A stretch of 64,000 nucleotides of DNA from NCBI GenBank assembly GCA_040218735.1, contig JAVJQW010000062.1:192001-256000 (forward strand). The letters are read 5' to 3'. The first letter of the stretch is position 1. Every line of letters starts with the position of its first letter. The notes under the pieces are model-generated. The model had not been told where the DNA came from. It saw only the letters and a program-made list of their open reading frames with translations, and did no database searches. The position numbers and the translations under genes are program-made. This document shows, piece after piece, positions 36,461 through 45,558 of this stretch. The DNA is from Deltaproteobacteria bacterium (GTDB lineage Bacteria; Myxococcota; Kuafuiibacteriia; Kuafuiibacteriales; Kuafuiibacteriaceae).

Positions 36461-38629
36461 TCACGGATCGATCGGGGTGTTCCAAGGCGGCGGGAGCCCC
36501 GGGATCGGGAGCGGGAACGGCGGCAGCGGATCGAACACCGGCCGCGCCCCGGTGTCGTAGGCACCCGCATCGCACCGCTCGAGCCGCGACGCGCGCCGCG
36601 TGAAGCCGCGCTGGTCGGGGCCCGGGCAACGGAACGCCGACGTCGCGACCATGTTGTCCACGGCCGGGCTCGTCGCGGCGATCGCATGCGTCATCGTCGC
36701 GCCCGCGTTCCACGCGAGCGGTCCGAGCTCCGCGTCGAGGGGCGCCGACGCGCTCCCGACGTCGTCCCGTGGGGTGCCTACGTAGCTGATGTCGTCGATG
36801 TCGCAGTCGCTCGTCACCACGCCGATGACGTTGCCGCCGTACGAGTCGATGCGTGCCGTCGCCGCGCAGTCCGGCGAGTAGTCGATGTCGAGAGGCTGCC
36901 GGTGATCGTCGTTGTCAGCGACGATCGAGTTGGCGATCGCCATGTTCCCGACGTTGTGGATCCCGCCGCCGGTCTGCGCCTCGTTGCCGAACGATGCGGC
37001 GGCCGTGTTGGCTTCGTTGTTCGCGACGGTGCTGTAGCTCATCCAAAGGCCCCCGGGATTCGTGCTCCCGGCGATGTTCAAGATTCCGCCCCCGCGCGTG
37101 ATCGCCCGGTTGCCGCTGATCGTGCTGTTCACGATCGTCGCGTCGCCCCCGATGTTCGCGAGGCCCGCGCCGCGCGTCGCTTGGTTGCCGTGGATCGTAC
37201 AGCGATCGAGCAGGAGCGTCCCGCCGTTCATGATGCCGCCGCCGCTCGCGGTGATGCCGCCGCCGGTCTGGGTTTGCGTGATGCGGCTGTGACTCACCGT
37301 CGACCGAACCAGCGAGAGGGTGCCGTGGTTGCGGATCGCCGCCCCGAAGGTGCGTGCTTCGTGGTCGGTGACGACGGTGTCCGTGATGTCCACGACGACG
37401 CCCGGGTCGATGTAGATCCCGCCTGCGGTTCCGTAGTCCACGTTCTGTCGGCCGCCGCGCACCGTGACGCGGTCGATGCGCACCGTCTGGCCGTCGCCGA
37501 GCCCGGGCACCGAGGTGACACATCGAATCCGCGGGATGCCGGCGGTGACGCCGTCGAGGAACACGCCGAGGAAGGCGCCGGTGTCGGCGTCGTAGCGGAG
37601 GATTCGATTGTTGTGCCAGCTCAACACGAGGAGCTCGTCGTTCGGCGTGATGAACATGCCGGCGGGGCCGTCGAGGCCGCCGCTGCCCGCCGACACGAAC
37701 GCGCCGAGGGGCGCGCCTTGGTAGTCGTAGGCGAGGATCTCGTTCGAGTAGTAGCTCGCCACGAGGAGACCTTGGTGCCCGCGGATGACGTCGGTCGGCC
37801 CCGAGAGCCCGCCGCCCGCGGCCGCGACGCGCTCGTACTGGCCGTCCTCGTCGAACCCCAACACGGCGTCCGTTTCGAAGCTCGCGACGGCGAAGCCGCT
37901 GTAGGCGAGGAGCGCCGACGCCTCCGAAAGCCCGCCGCCCTGGCTGCTCCCGAGGAGCGCGCCCGTCTCGAAGTCGTACCGGTAGAGGCCGCCGAGGGAG
38001 CCGCCCTGGGCGACGTAGAGGATCTCGTTCTGGCCGTCGAACCCGGAGCTCGCGTCCACGAACGATCCGCTGTTCGACGCGACGATGGTGCCGAGCAAGG
38101 CGCCGGTTCGGGCGTCGTAGCGGTGCACGCCGCTCGCGACACCGGACACGAGCAGCTCGTTGCGGGTCGGAGTCCGGGTGACGTTCGTCGCTTGCGAGAC
38201 GCCGTGTGACGCGGGAACGAGCTGGCCGCGCAGGTTTCCGAAGAGGTCGTAGCGGTCGACCTCGTCGGTGCCGCACACGAGCACTTCGTCGTAGTCGATG
38301 CTGAGCACGCGCGAGTCCGTCCCGGCTTCGATGAACGTGACGCCGGACCCCGACCCGACGATGTCGACGTCGGAGCGAACGGGGAGCGCGCCGAGGCCGA
38401 GCCGGTAGGTGCCGCGCCCGAGGACGATGCGGTCGTGGCCGGGGCGCGCGTCGGCTTCCTGCACGGCGGCGCGTAGGGCGCAGCGGCCAAAGCTGGTGAG
38501 GCAGACGCCGTCGCCGGGGTCGGCGTCGGAGGCGTCGGTGAAGGTGTCGACGGTGAAGGTCGCGGCCTGGCTCGACGCGGCAAAGCCGACGACGAGGGAG
38601 GCGGCGGTCGAAGCGATCAATCTCTGCAT
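36461..38629 (-). CDS. secreted CSLREA-type protein with inserted beta-propeller and choice-of-anchor-Q beta-helix
   Basis: AATFTVDTFTD..GDGVC...CALRAAVQEA, NHL-like repeats (GLDGPAG..RYDADTG), GGGIxN repeats, LGPLAWNAG.T.TH, and DQRG..R...CDAGAY. Confidence 0.82.
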   Translation of the reverse strand: MQRLIASTAASLVVGFAASSQAATFTVDTFTDASDADPGDGVCLTSFGRCALRAAVQEADARPGHDRIVLGRGTYRLGLGALPVRSDVDIVGSGSGVTFIEAGTDSRVLSIDYDEVLVCGTDEVDRYDLFGNLRGQLVPASHGVSQATNVTRTPTRNELLVSGVASGVHRYDARTGALLGTIVASNSGSFVDASSGFDGQNEILYVAQGGSLGGLYRYDFETGALLGSSQGGGLSEASALLAYSGFAVASFETDAVLGFDEDGQYERVAAAGGGLSGPTDVIRGHQGLLVASYYSNEILAYDYQGAPLGAFVSAGSGGLDGPAGMFITPNDELLVLSWHNNRILRYDADTGAFLGVFLDGVTAGIPRIRCVTSVPGLGDGQTVRIDRVTVRGGRQNVDYGTAGGIYIDPGVVVDITDTVVTDHEARTFGAAIRNHGTLSLVRSTVSHSRITQTQTGGGITASGGGIMNGGTLLLDRCTIHGNQATRGAGLANIGGDATIVNSTISGNRAITRGGGILNIAGSTNPGGLWMSYSTVANNEANTAAASFGNEAQTGGGIHNVGNMAIANSIVADNDDHRQPLDIDYSPDCAATARIDSYGGNVIGVVTSDCDIDDISYVGTPRDDVGSASAPLDAELGPLAWNAGATMTHAIAATSPAVDNMVATSAFRCPGPDQRGFTRRASRLERCDAGAYDTGARPVFDPLPPFPLPIPGLPPPWNTPIDP

Positions 38630-38641
38630 GGGGCCCGACTT

Positions 38642-38657
38642 CGCAAACGCGATGCCA
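38642..38657 (-). promoter_or_regulatory. putative sigma-54 promoter (-24/-12)
   Basis: Minus strand TGGCATCGCGTTTGCG has GG-N10-GC spacing and lies directly upstream of the CSLREA gene ATG. Confidence 0.55.
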
Positions 38658-38795
38658 CGCCGACGGGGCTCATCGCCCGTGCTTGGCGGCGTGCGAGGGC
38701 GGCGAATCGCTCGGTCGCGCACGTGCGCGCACCGGGGGGAGCGCAAGAATTGGAGCGTTGTCGGCGCCGTCGTGCTACGCGGAGCGACGACGTCC

Positions 38796-40382
38796 ATGCC
38801 CGTCCAGACCCCCGAAGCGCTCCTGCCGCTGTACGAAGAAGGCCTCCTCGACGAGGTCATCCGTCCGCTGATGAGCGGTAAGGAGGCGTCGGTGTTCCTC
38901 GTGCGGTCGCGCGGGATGGAGTGTGTCGCGAAGGTCTACAAGGACGCGCAGCACCGGACGTTCCGTCAGCGCGCCGCGTACGCGGAGGGCCGCCAGGTGC
39001 GGCGCTCGCGGCAAAGACGCGCGCTGCAGAAGGGGAGCGCGTACGGCAAGTCGCTGCTCGAGGCGACGTGGCAGAACGCGGAGGTCGACGCCCTGCTGCG
39101 GCTGCACGAGGCCGGCGTGCGGGTGCCGACGCCGTACCATCACGCCGAGAACGTGCTGTTGATGGAGCTGGTGACGGACGCCAACGGTGATCCGGCGCCG
39201 CGCCTGGACGACGTGGACCTCGACGTCGAGACGGCGACGCTGCTGCACGAGATCCTGATCCGCGACATCGTGGCGATGCTCTGCGCGGGCCTCGTGCACG
39301 GGGACCTGTCGCAGTACAACATCCTCGTCGCGGCCGACGGCCCGGTGATCATCGACGTCCCGCAGGCGACGGACGCCGCGACGAACCGCAACAGCGAAGC
39401 GATCTTCTTGCGCGACGTGAAGAACGTGACGCGCTTCCTCGGCCGCGCCGCACCCGCGCTGCTGAAGACGCAGTACGGCCCGGAGATCTGGGACCTGTAC
39501 GCGCGCGCGGAGCTGCGACCCGACAGCGAGCTGACGGGGCGCTTCCGCGCGAAGAAGAAGCGCGTCGACGCCGCGGACGTGATCGCGGAGCTGCGGGACG
39601 TGGAGGCGGAGCAGCGACCGCCGAGCGCGTACCAGCTGAAGAAGCAGCGCCAGGCCGAGGCGCGGGCGGCCGAGGCGCGCGCGGCGCCGGGTCGCGGAGA
39701 GCGTGGCCGCGACGACCGCGAGGAACGCGGCGGCGGACGAGAACGCCAGGAGCGAGACGGCGGACGCTCGGGCAACAGACGCGACGGCGGACGTGAACGC
39801 CAGGAGCGCGACGGCGGACGTGCACGCCAGGAGCGCGGCGGCGGACGTGGACGCCAGGAGCGCGGCGGCAGACGTGAACGACAAGAGCGCGGCGGCGGAC
39901 GTGAACGCCAGGAGCGCGGCGGCGGACGCAAGCGCCAGGAGCGCGGCGGCGGACGTGAACGACAAGAGCGCGGCGGCGGGCCCGCGCGCGATCAACGCGA
40001 CGGCGGGCGAGCGCGCGCTCAACGCGACGGCGGGCCCACGCGGGATCAACGCGACGGCGGGCCCACGCATGATCAACGCGGCGGCGAGCGAGCGCGCGAT
40101 CGACGCGACGGCCGGCGAGCGCGTGATCAACGCGACGGCGGGCGCGCACGCGATCAACGCGACGGCGGGCGCCCGGGCAACAACCCCGACGGCGGGCGCC
40201 GTGGCGACGAACGCGACGGCGGGCGTCATGCCGTGAAGGCGCCTCGCGCGGCGTCCTCGGGCGCTCCGAGCGCCGACGACGCGCGGGACGCATCGACGCC
40301 GGCCGCGAAGAAGCGCCGACGGCGCCGCTCACGCCGCGGGCGCGCAGCGGGCGCCGCGAAACCCCGAGAATCGTCGCCCTGA
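38796..40382 (+). CDS. RIO1-family atypical kinase (PA4780-like) with Arg/Gly-rich repeat tail
   Basis: LMSGKEASVF, VAKVYK, WQNAEV, VHGDLSQYNIL and VIIDVPQA motifs. Confidence 0.9.
   Translation: MPVQTPEALLPLYEEGLLDEVIRPLMSGKEASVFLVRSRGMECVAKVYKDAQHRTFRQRAAYAEGRQVRRSRQRRALQKGSAYGKSLLEATWQNAEVDALLRLHEAGVRVPTPYHHAENVLLMELVTDANGDPAPRLDDVDLDVETATLLHEILIRDIVAMLCAGLVHGDLSQYNILVAADGPVIIDVPQATDAATNRNSEAIFLRDVKNVTRFLGRAAPALLKTQYGPEIWDLYARAELRPDSELTGRFRAKKKRVDAADVIAELRDVEAEQRPPSAYQLKKQRQAEARAAEARAAPGRGERGRDDREERGGGRERQERDGGRSGNRRDGGRERQERDGGRARQERGGGRGRQERGGRRERQERGGGRERQERGGGRKRQERGGGRERQERGGGPARDQRDGGRARAQRDGGPTRDQRDGGPTHDQRGGERARDRRDGRRARDQRDGGRARDQRDGGRPGNNPDGGRRGDERDGGRHAVKAPRAASSGAPSADDARDASTPAAKKRRRRRSRRGRAAGAAKPRESSP
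39705..40225 (+). repeat. coding 27-bp tandem repeats (RERQERGGG then RARDQRDGG)
   Basis: Two blocks of degenerate 9-aa units in frame with the kinase. Confidence 0.85.
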
Positions 40383-40495
40383 CGGCGCTGCAAGATCGGT
40401 TGACGAGGGTTTCGAGCCGGATCGTCACGTGGTCTTTGCTTGCGTGGTCGGGTCACGAACGATACGTGCGGCCCGCGTTCGCGCAGGGCTTCATC

Positions 40496-42112
40496 ATGAT
40501 ATCGACCGACAACCTCTCCCTCCTCTTCGGCAACCGCGTCCTCTTCCAGGACGTGAACATCAAGTTCACCCCCGGCAACTGCTACGGGCTGATCGGCGCC
40601 AACGGCGCCGGGAAGTCGACGTTCCTGCGGGTGCTATCGGGGGAGCAGGAGCCCACGTCGGGGAGCGTGAGCGTCCCGAACGGGTTCCGGATCAGCGTCC
40701 TGAAGCAGGACCACTTCGCGTACGAGTCGGTGCGCGCGTTGGACGCGGTCATCATGGGCTTCGAGCGGCTGCACGCGGTGCAGGTCGAGAAGGACGCGCT
40801 GTACGCGAAGCCGGACTTCGGCGAGGACGACGGCATCCGCGCGGGTGAGCTCGAGGCGGAGTTCGCGGACCTCGGCGGTTGGGACGCGGAGGCCAACGCG
40901 GGCCAGCTCCTCGAGCACCTCGGCATCCCGACGGAGCGGCACACGCTGACGGTCGGTGAGCTGTCGGACAACGAGAAGGTGCGCGTGCTCCTCGCGCAGG
41001 CGTTGTTCGGTTCGCCCGACATCCTGCTCCTCGACGAGCCGACGAACCACCTCGACGTGGACACGATCCTCTGGCTCGAGGAGTTCCTGCTCGACTACCC
41101 GCACACGGTGATCGTGGTGAGCCACGACCGGCACTTCCTGGATCGCATCTGCACGCACATCGCGGACGTCGACTTCTCGAAGGTCACGCTGTTCACCGGC
41201 AACTACACGTTCTGGTACGAGACGAGTCAGATGGCGCTGCGGCAGCGTCAGGAGGCGAACCGCAAGAAGACGGATCGCATCAAGGAGCTGCAGCAGTTCA
41301 TTCGTCGCTTCAGCGCAAACGCGTCGAAGTCGCGGCAGGCGACGTCGCGGAAGTCGCAGCTCGACAAGATCACGCTCGACGACATCAAGCCGTCGTCGCG
41401 CAAGTACCCGTACATCGTGTTCGGGAAGGACAATCAGCTCGGCAAGGACGTGCTGACGGTCGAGAACCTCTCGAAGTCGATCGACGGCGTGAAGCTGTTC
41501 GAAGATCTCAGCTTCACCATCGGCGTCGGCGAGCGCGTCGCCTTCGTGGGCGACGATCGCGCGGTGTCGGCGTTGTTGTCGATCGTCGCGGGCGTCGAGT
41601 CACCGGACAGCGGCTCGGCGCGCGTCGGCAGCAGCGTGAACCTCGGCTACTTCCCGAAGGACAACGCGCACTTCTTTGAGACGGAGCTGAGCCTCCTCGA
41701 CTGGCTCAAGCAGTACACGACCGACGAGGAGGAGAGCTTCGTGCGCAGCTTCCTCGGCCGGATGCTCTTCTCGGGCGACGAGGTGCACAAGCAGGCCAAC
41801 GTCCTCTCCGGTGGTGAGAAGGTGCGCTGCATGCTCGCGCGCATGATGCTGCAGGCGCCGAACCTGTTGGTGCTCGACGGCCCGACGAACCACCTCGACC
41901 TCGAGTCGATCACGGCGCTCAACAACGGCCTGCTGAAGTTCCACGGCACGATGCTGTTCGCGTCGCGCGACGTCCAGTTCGCGGAGTCGCTGGCGGACCG
42001 CATCATCGAGATCGATCGCGGCGCGTGGATGGATCTGAACATGTCGTTCGGCGAGTACCTCGCGGACGAGGCGCGCCTGGAGCGCCGGCACCAGGGCGCG
42101 GCCCACCCGTAG
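40496..42112 (+). CDS. ABC-F ATPase, YbiT/YkpA-like
   Basis: GNCYGLIGANGAGKSTF, LLDEPTNHL and RFSANASKSRQATSRK linker. The second NBD is degenerate (GDDRAVSAL, LDGPTNHL). Confidence 0.9.
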   Translation: MISTDNLSLLFGNRVLFQDVNIKFTPGNCYGLIGANGAGKSTFLRVLSGEQEPTSGSVSVPNGFRISVLKQDHFAYESVRALDAVIMGFERLHAVQVEKDALYAKPDFGEDDGIRAGELEAEFADLGGWDAEANAGQLLEHLGIPTERHTLTVGELSDNEKVRVLLAQALFGSPDILLLDEPTNHLDVDTILWLEEFLLDYPHTVIVVSHDRHFLDRICTHIADVDFSKVTLFTGNYTFWYETSQMALRQRQEANRKKTDRIKELQQFIRRFSANASKSRQATSRKSQLDKITLDDIKPSSRKYPYIVFGKDNQLGKDVLTVENLSKSIDGVKLFEDLSFTIGVGERVAFVGDDRAVSALLSIVAGVESPDSGSARVGSSVNLGYFPKDNAHFFETELSLLDWLKQYTTDEEESFVRSFLGRMLFSGDEVHKQANVLSGGEKVRCMLARMMLQAPNLLVLDGPTNHLDLESITALNNGLLKFHGTMLFASRDVQFAESLADRIIEIDRGAWMDLNMSFGEYLADEARLERRHQGAAHP

Positions 42113-42121
42113 CCGCGAGCC

Positions 42122-42488
42122 TCAGCGCTCGTGCGGGCAGAGGATGACCTCCTCGGAGACGCTCTCGACGGCATCACTCGCGCAGAGCGCTCGGATGCCG
42201 GACAAGTCTGTCGACACCCGGTAGAGAACCGAGGCTCGGCAGTCGATCCAAGATGGTGTGCGTCTCGCCTTCGAGCACCGCCTCGACGCTGTCGAGTTGC
42301 GCGTCCACCTCCGCTTCGGTCTCGCCGTCCACTGAGACGACGACCTCGACGAGCTCGCCCGCGCCAAGCTCGGCCTCTAAGGCCGTGCACCCCCGAGCCT
42401 CGATGTCACCGCGGCATCGCGCGCCGTCACGGTCGTCGCTGCAGGCCGCGAGGAGGAGGAGCGTGACGATCGTGGTCGCGACTCGCAT
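42122..42488 (-). pseudogene. small lipoprotein with apparent frameshift near 42228
   Basis: The lipobox LAAC frame reads normally to ..RLPSLG. A plausible continuation LYRVSTDLSGIRALCASDAVESVSEE lies in another frame. Confidence 0.4.
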
Positions 42489-42534
42489 CGCCTGAATCCT
42501 CACTCGAATAACGTCGTCACCACATCCGTAGTCT

Positions 42535-43698
42535 TCAGGGCGCGAACCAGCCGTAGAGCGTGACGGTCAGCGCGCCCGCGGCGAGCTCGGCGGTCGCCGT
42601 GAGCGGGCCGTCGACGGGGAGCCACAGCCACCGGGGTTGCGGGTCGTTGGTGGCGGAGAGCGTCAGCGTCGGGCCGCCGGCGGGGCTCGAGAGCATCGCG
42701 CGGCCGACGCCCTGCCCCGTCGCTTCGTCGATATGGACCTGCAGGTAGACGGACGTCGCGTCGGCGGGGAGCCCGGCGCGTCCGCGGACGTCAATGAGCC
42801 CGACGTCGCCTTCGGCGTGCAGCGATCGCGGGTCGGCGGTGACCGGGATCTCGACGCCGTCCGGCGTCCCCCAGCCGAGGACTTCGAGGCCGACGGTTTC
42901 AACGTGCGACGTCGTCATCGCGACCTGCCCCGAGGCGTCGAGCGGCAGCCACACGTGTTGCGCCTTGAAGGTGCCCGCGGCGAGTGCGAGTCGTGGCGCC
43001 GACCCGGCGGCGCCCGTCACGTCGAGCGAGCCGTAGCCGGTGCCGCCGCTGACCTCGTCGAGTGTGACCTGCACGTAGGCGGCGGGGGCCGTCGCGGGGA
43101 GGCCCGCGCGTCCGCGCAGCGCCACGGTGTCGCCGCCGACGTGCACAGTTGCGGCGTCGGCCTGGGTCGCCATCACGATCTTCGCGTCGTCGATCCATCC
43201 GAGCACTTCGAGCTCGACGGATTCGATTCGTCCGCCCTCGAGCGTGACGGTTCCGGCGGCGTCGAGCGGCACCCAAAACGCAACGGTCTCGTTCGTGCCG
43301 AACGTCTCCATGCGCCGCGCTGCGCCGCCCGCCGCGGCGGTGATCGTCGCGCGCGTCCCGTAGCGCCCGGTCTCTTCTAGGTTCAGCTCGACGAGCGCCG
43401 CGGTCGCGTCCGCGGGGACGTCGGCGACGGAGAACGTCCCCGACGCGGTGACCGCTTGGGGCGCCCCGGCGAAGCCGACGCTCACCGTCGGTGTTGGCGG
43501 AGGCGGGCCCGCGTCGCGCGGTGTGCCCGCGTCGTCCGTCCCGGCGTCATCGTGGGTGCGCGTGCCGGCGTCGGCCGGGTGCCCGGCGTCGCGCGTGGCG
43601 ACGAAGGGCCCGCCGTCGCGCACGGAGACGGGCCCGAGATCGCGCGCACCGCCGCAAGCAGCGACACAGATCAGGAGCCCTGCGAGGTAGCGCACCAC
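42535..43698 (-). CDS. lipoprotein with DAG-repeat linker and three repeated beta domains
   Basis: Lipobox VAAC, RDAG/DDAG units, and three (G)LPADATxxYLQV...WLPLDAxG...LEVLGW repeats. Confidence 0.7.
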   Translation of the reverse strand: MVRYLAGLLICVAACGGARDLGPVSVRDGGPFVATRDAGHPADAGTRTHDDAGTDDAGTPRDAGPPPPTPTVSVGFAGAPQAVTASGTFSVADVPADATAALVELNLEETGRYGTRATITAAAGGAARRMETFGTNETVAFWVPLDAAGTVTLEGGRIESVELEVLGWIDDAKIVMATQADAATVHVGGDTVALRGRAGLPATAPAAYVQVTLDEVSGGTGYGSLDVTGAAGSAPRLALAAGTFKAQHVWLPLDASGQVAMTTSHVETVGLEVLGWGTPDGVEIPVTADPRSLHAEGDVGLIDVRGRAGLPADATSVYLQVHIDEATGQGVGRAMLSSPAGGPTLTLSATNDPQPRWLWLPVDGPLTATAELAAGALTVTLYGWFAP

Positions 43699-43768
43699 CG
43701 CCCAGCCTACGTCGCCCACGCCGAAATCTGCCTGTCCGGCGTGAGAATTCAGGTGACGTCAGCGCCGC

Positions 43769-44542
43769 TCACCGCAGGAGCGTCGCGAGCCGTTCGCCGA
43801 CCAGGAAGGTCCACCCCTCGACGTCCGCTTTGCGCTGAAACGCGGGTTCGTCCTGCGGGAAGGTGTGCCCGCCTTCGTGGGTGACCTTCAGCGTCGTGCC
43901 TCCGTCGTTCGGGGCGAGCGTCCAGGTGACGACGGAGGCGCCGCGGATGCCTTCGTAGCGCCAGTCGAGGACGATGCGTTCGTTGACGACGACGTCTTCG
44001 ACGCGCCATCGGTGAACGAAGTCGCGACCGTCGGCGTTCACGGTGAAGCGGGTCTCGAACCCCACGCGCGCCTCGAAGTCCGCCATGGTCTCGAACAACC
44101 ACTGGCGCATGAGGTTCGGCTCGGTGATCGCGCTCCACACGCGTTCGACGGGGGCGTCGAAGGTCTGCTCGACGACGATCGGATGCACGCGGTGGAGCAG
44201 GATGCCGTTCCCGTCCGGATCGGCGCAGACGACCATGTGGCAGTTCGGGCCGTTGATGACGTCGGTCATGAACGGGACGTCCTTCGCCTTCAGCTCGGCG
44301 ATCGTCTGCTCGAGATCATCGACCTCGAACGCGATCGTCCCGCCGGCCGACGCGCTCGGTTTGTTGGGCGTCGCGTTGGTGATCGCGAGGCACCCGCCCC
44401 CGGGGAGGTCGTACTCGATCCACCGGTGCTCGCCCTGCCCGCCCGCCTGACCGCGCGTTAGTCCGAGCGCGCCTTCGTAGAACGCGCACGCGCGGTCGAC
44501 GTCGGTGACGGGGTACATCGTGAAGGCGACGCGTTGGAGCAC
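43769..44542 (-). CDS. VOC/glyoxalase - SRPBCC (AHSA1) fusion protein
   Basis: PVTDVDRACAFYEGALG..IAFEVDD..DPDGN, followed by FDAPVERVWSAITEPNLMRQW..GTTLKVTH. Confidence 0.85.
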   Translation of the reverse strand: MLQRVAFTMYPVTDVDRACAFYEGALGLTRGQAGGQGEHRWIEYDLPGGGCLAITNATPNKPSASAGGTIAFEVDDLEQTIAELKAKDVPFMTDVINGPNCHMVVCADPDGNGILLHRVHPIVVEQTFDAPVERVWSAITEPNLMRQWLFETMADFEARVGFETRFTVNADGRDFVHRWRVEDVVVNERIVLDWRYEGIRGASVVTWTLAPNDGGTTLKVTHEGGHTFPQDEPAFQRKADVEGWTFLVGERLATLLR

Positions 44543-44618
44543 GGTCGCGTCATCGCACGAGACGCCGTCCGAGCAAACTCGTGACGCCGACGTATCGAAA
44601 CGTCGTCGTCAGACTTCG

Positions 44619-45278
44619 ATGGGTCGCCTTCTCATCGGCGTTGCTCCGCCGCTCTTCGCGCTCCTCTGCGGTGCGGGCTGCCGTCCGGCCATGGCCGTTC
44701 AAACGCCGGACTATGCGAACCGAAGATTCGAGCCGACGCACACGGACATCCTGTTCCGCTCGACGTCGGTCGAGCTCGACGCCGACGTCCCCACCTCGGG
44801 CATGACGACGCGGCGGGTCCAAGCGCTCTATCAGAAGAATGCGGCCAAGTTCTTCGTCGACGGCGCCAACCGGGCCGGGCCCCTCGGCGAAACGCGCCGG
44901 TTTCGCTCGCGAGGTGGCGTACCGTCCCTCCTCCCGCGCGAGCTCCCCATCCGCGAAGCGCGCGACACCTGGCACGTCCCCGCGGACGGCGAGACCCTCG
45001 ACAGCGAAGCGGGCGTCGCACCGCTCGTCCTCATCATCGACCGCTTCGAGCTGGGCTACGCCGAAGCCAAGATCAACTTCAGCCCCGGCGGCGGCTCCGT
45101 AGAGCCACCGATCCTCTTCCACCGCGCGCACTTCGCGCTCTGGGACAATGAAGCCGGCGCCCTCGTGACCTACGGCCGCGCCATCGTAAACGGACCCGCC
45201 GCCCTGGACGCCAAGACCTTCCGCGCCGTCATCAACGAGATGGTGGACAAGATCCTCCGCGCGCTTCCGCTGGAGTGA
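44619..45278 (+). CDS. hypothetical lipoprotein
   Basis: Hydrophobic leader ending GAGC, with typical codon use in the 3' part. Confidence 0.55.
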   Translation: MGRLLIGVAPPLFALLCGAGCRPAMAVQTPDYANRRFEPTHTDILFRSTSVELDADVPTSGMTTRRVQALYQKNAAKFFVDGANRAGPLGETRRFRSRGGVPSLLPRELPIREARDTWHVPADGETLDSEAGVAPLVLIIDRFELGYAEAKINFSPGGGSVEPPILFHRAHFALWDNEAGALVTYGRAIVNGPAALDAKTFRAVINEMVDKILRALPLE

Positions 45279-45351
45279 CCCGAGACGCCAAAGGCGGCGA
45301 GGCTACACGAACGAGCCCCAGGGATCACAAGCTACGGGGATTTGCATCCAT

Positions 45352-45391
45352 GGCCTGAGCCTTCGGCCGCGGAGCGGCCGAAGTTCAGGCC
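45352..45391. terminator. strong GC-rich hairpin between a convergent gene and the tRNA (terminator or REP-like)
   Basis: GGCCTGA-GC-CTTCGGCCGC-GGA-GCGGCCGAAG-T-TCAGGCC. There is no clear U-tract. Confidence 0.45.
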
Positions 45392-45443
45392 GCCGACCGC
45401 AATCCCGTCTCACGCGAACGGAGCCCGCGCCAGCGGGCGAAGA

Positions 45444-45517
<74 letters not shown>

Positions 45518-45529
45518 CTGAGGTCCGGG

Positions 45530-45558
45530 AGAAAACTCCACCCCAGCCCCCCTGTCAA
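45530..45558 (-). promoter_or_regulatory. putative sigma-70 promoter of tRNA-Gly
   Basis: Perfect TTGACA overlapping the pgsA stop, a 17-nt spacer, and a weak -10 (TTTTCT). Confidence 0.45.

Noticed and set aside
39705-40225. 27-bp repeats as a possible CRISPR array
   Set aside because: They are tandem and degenerate, lack unique spacers, are in frame within the kinase gene, and there are no cas genes.
41500-41900. Degenerate second ATPase site of the ABC-F as a pseudogene sign
   Set aside because: A degenerate second Walker A occurs in YbiT/YkpA-type proteins, and the ORF is intact.
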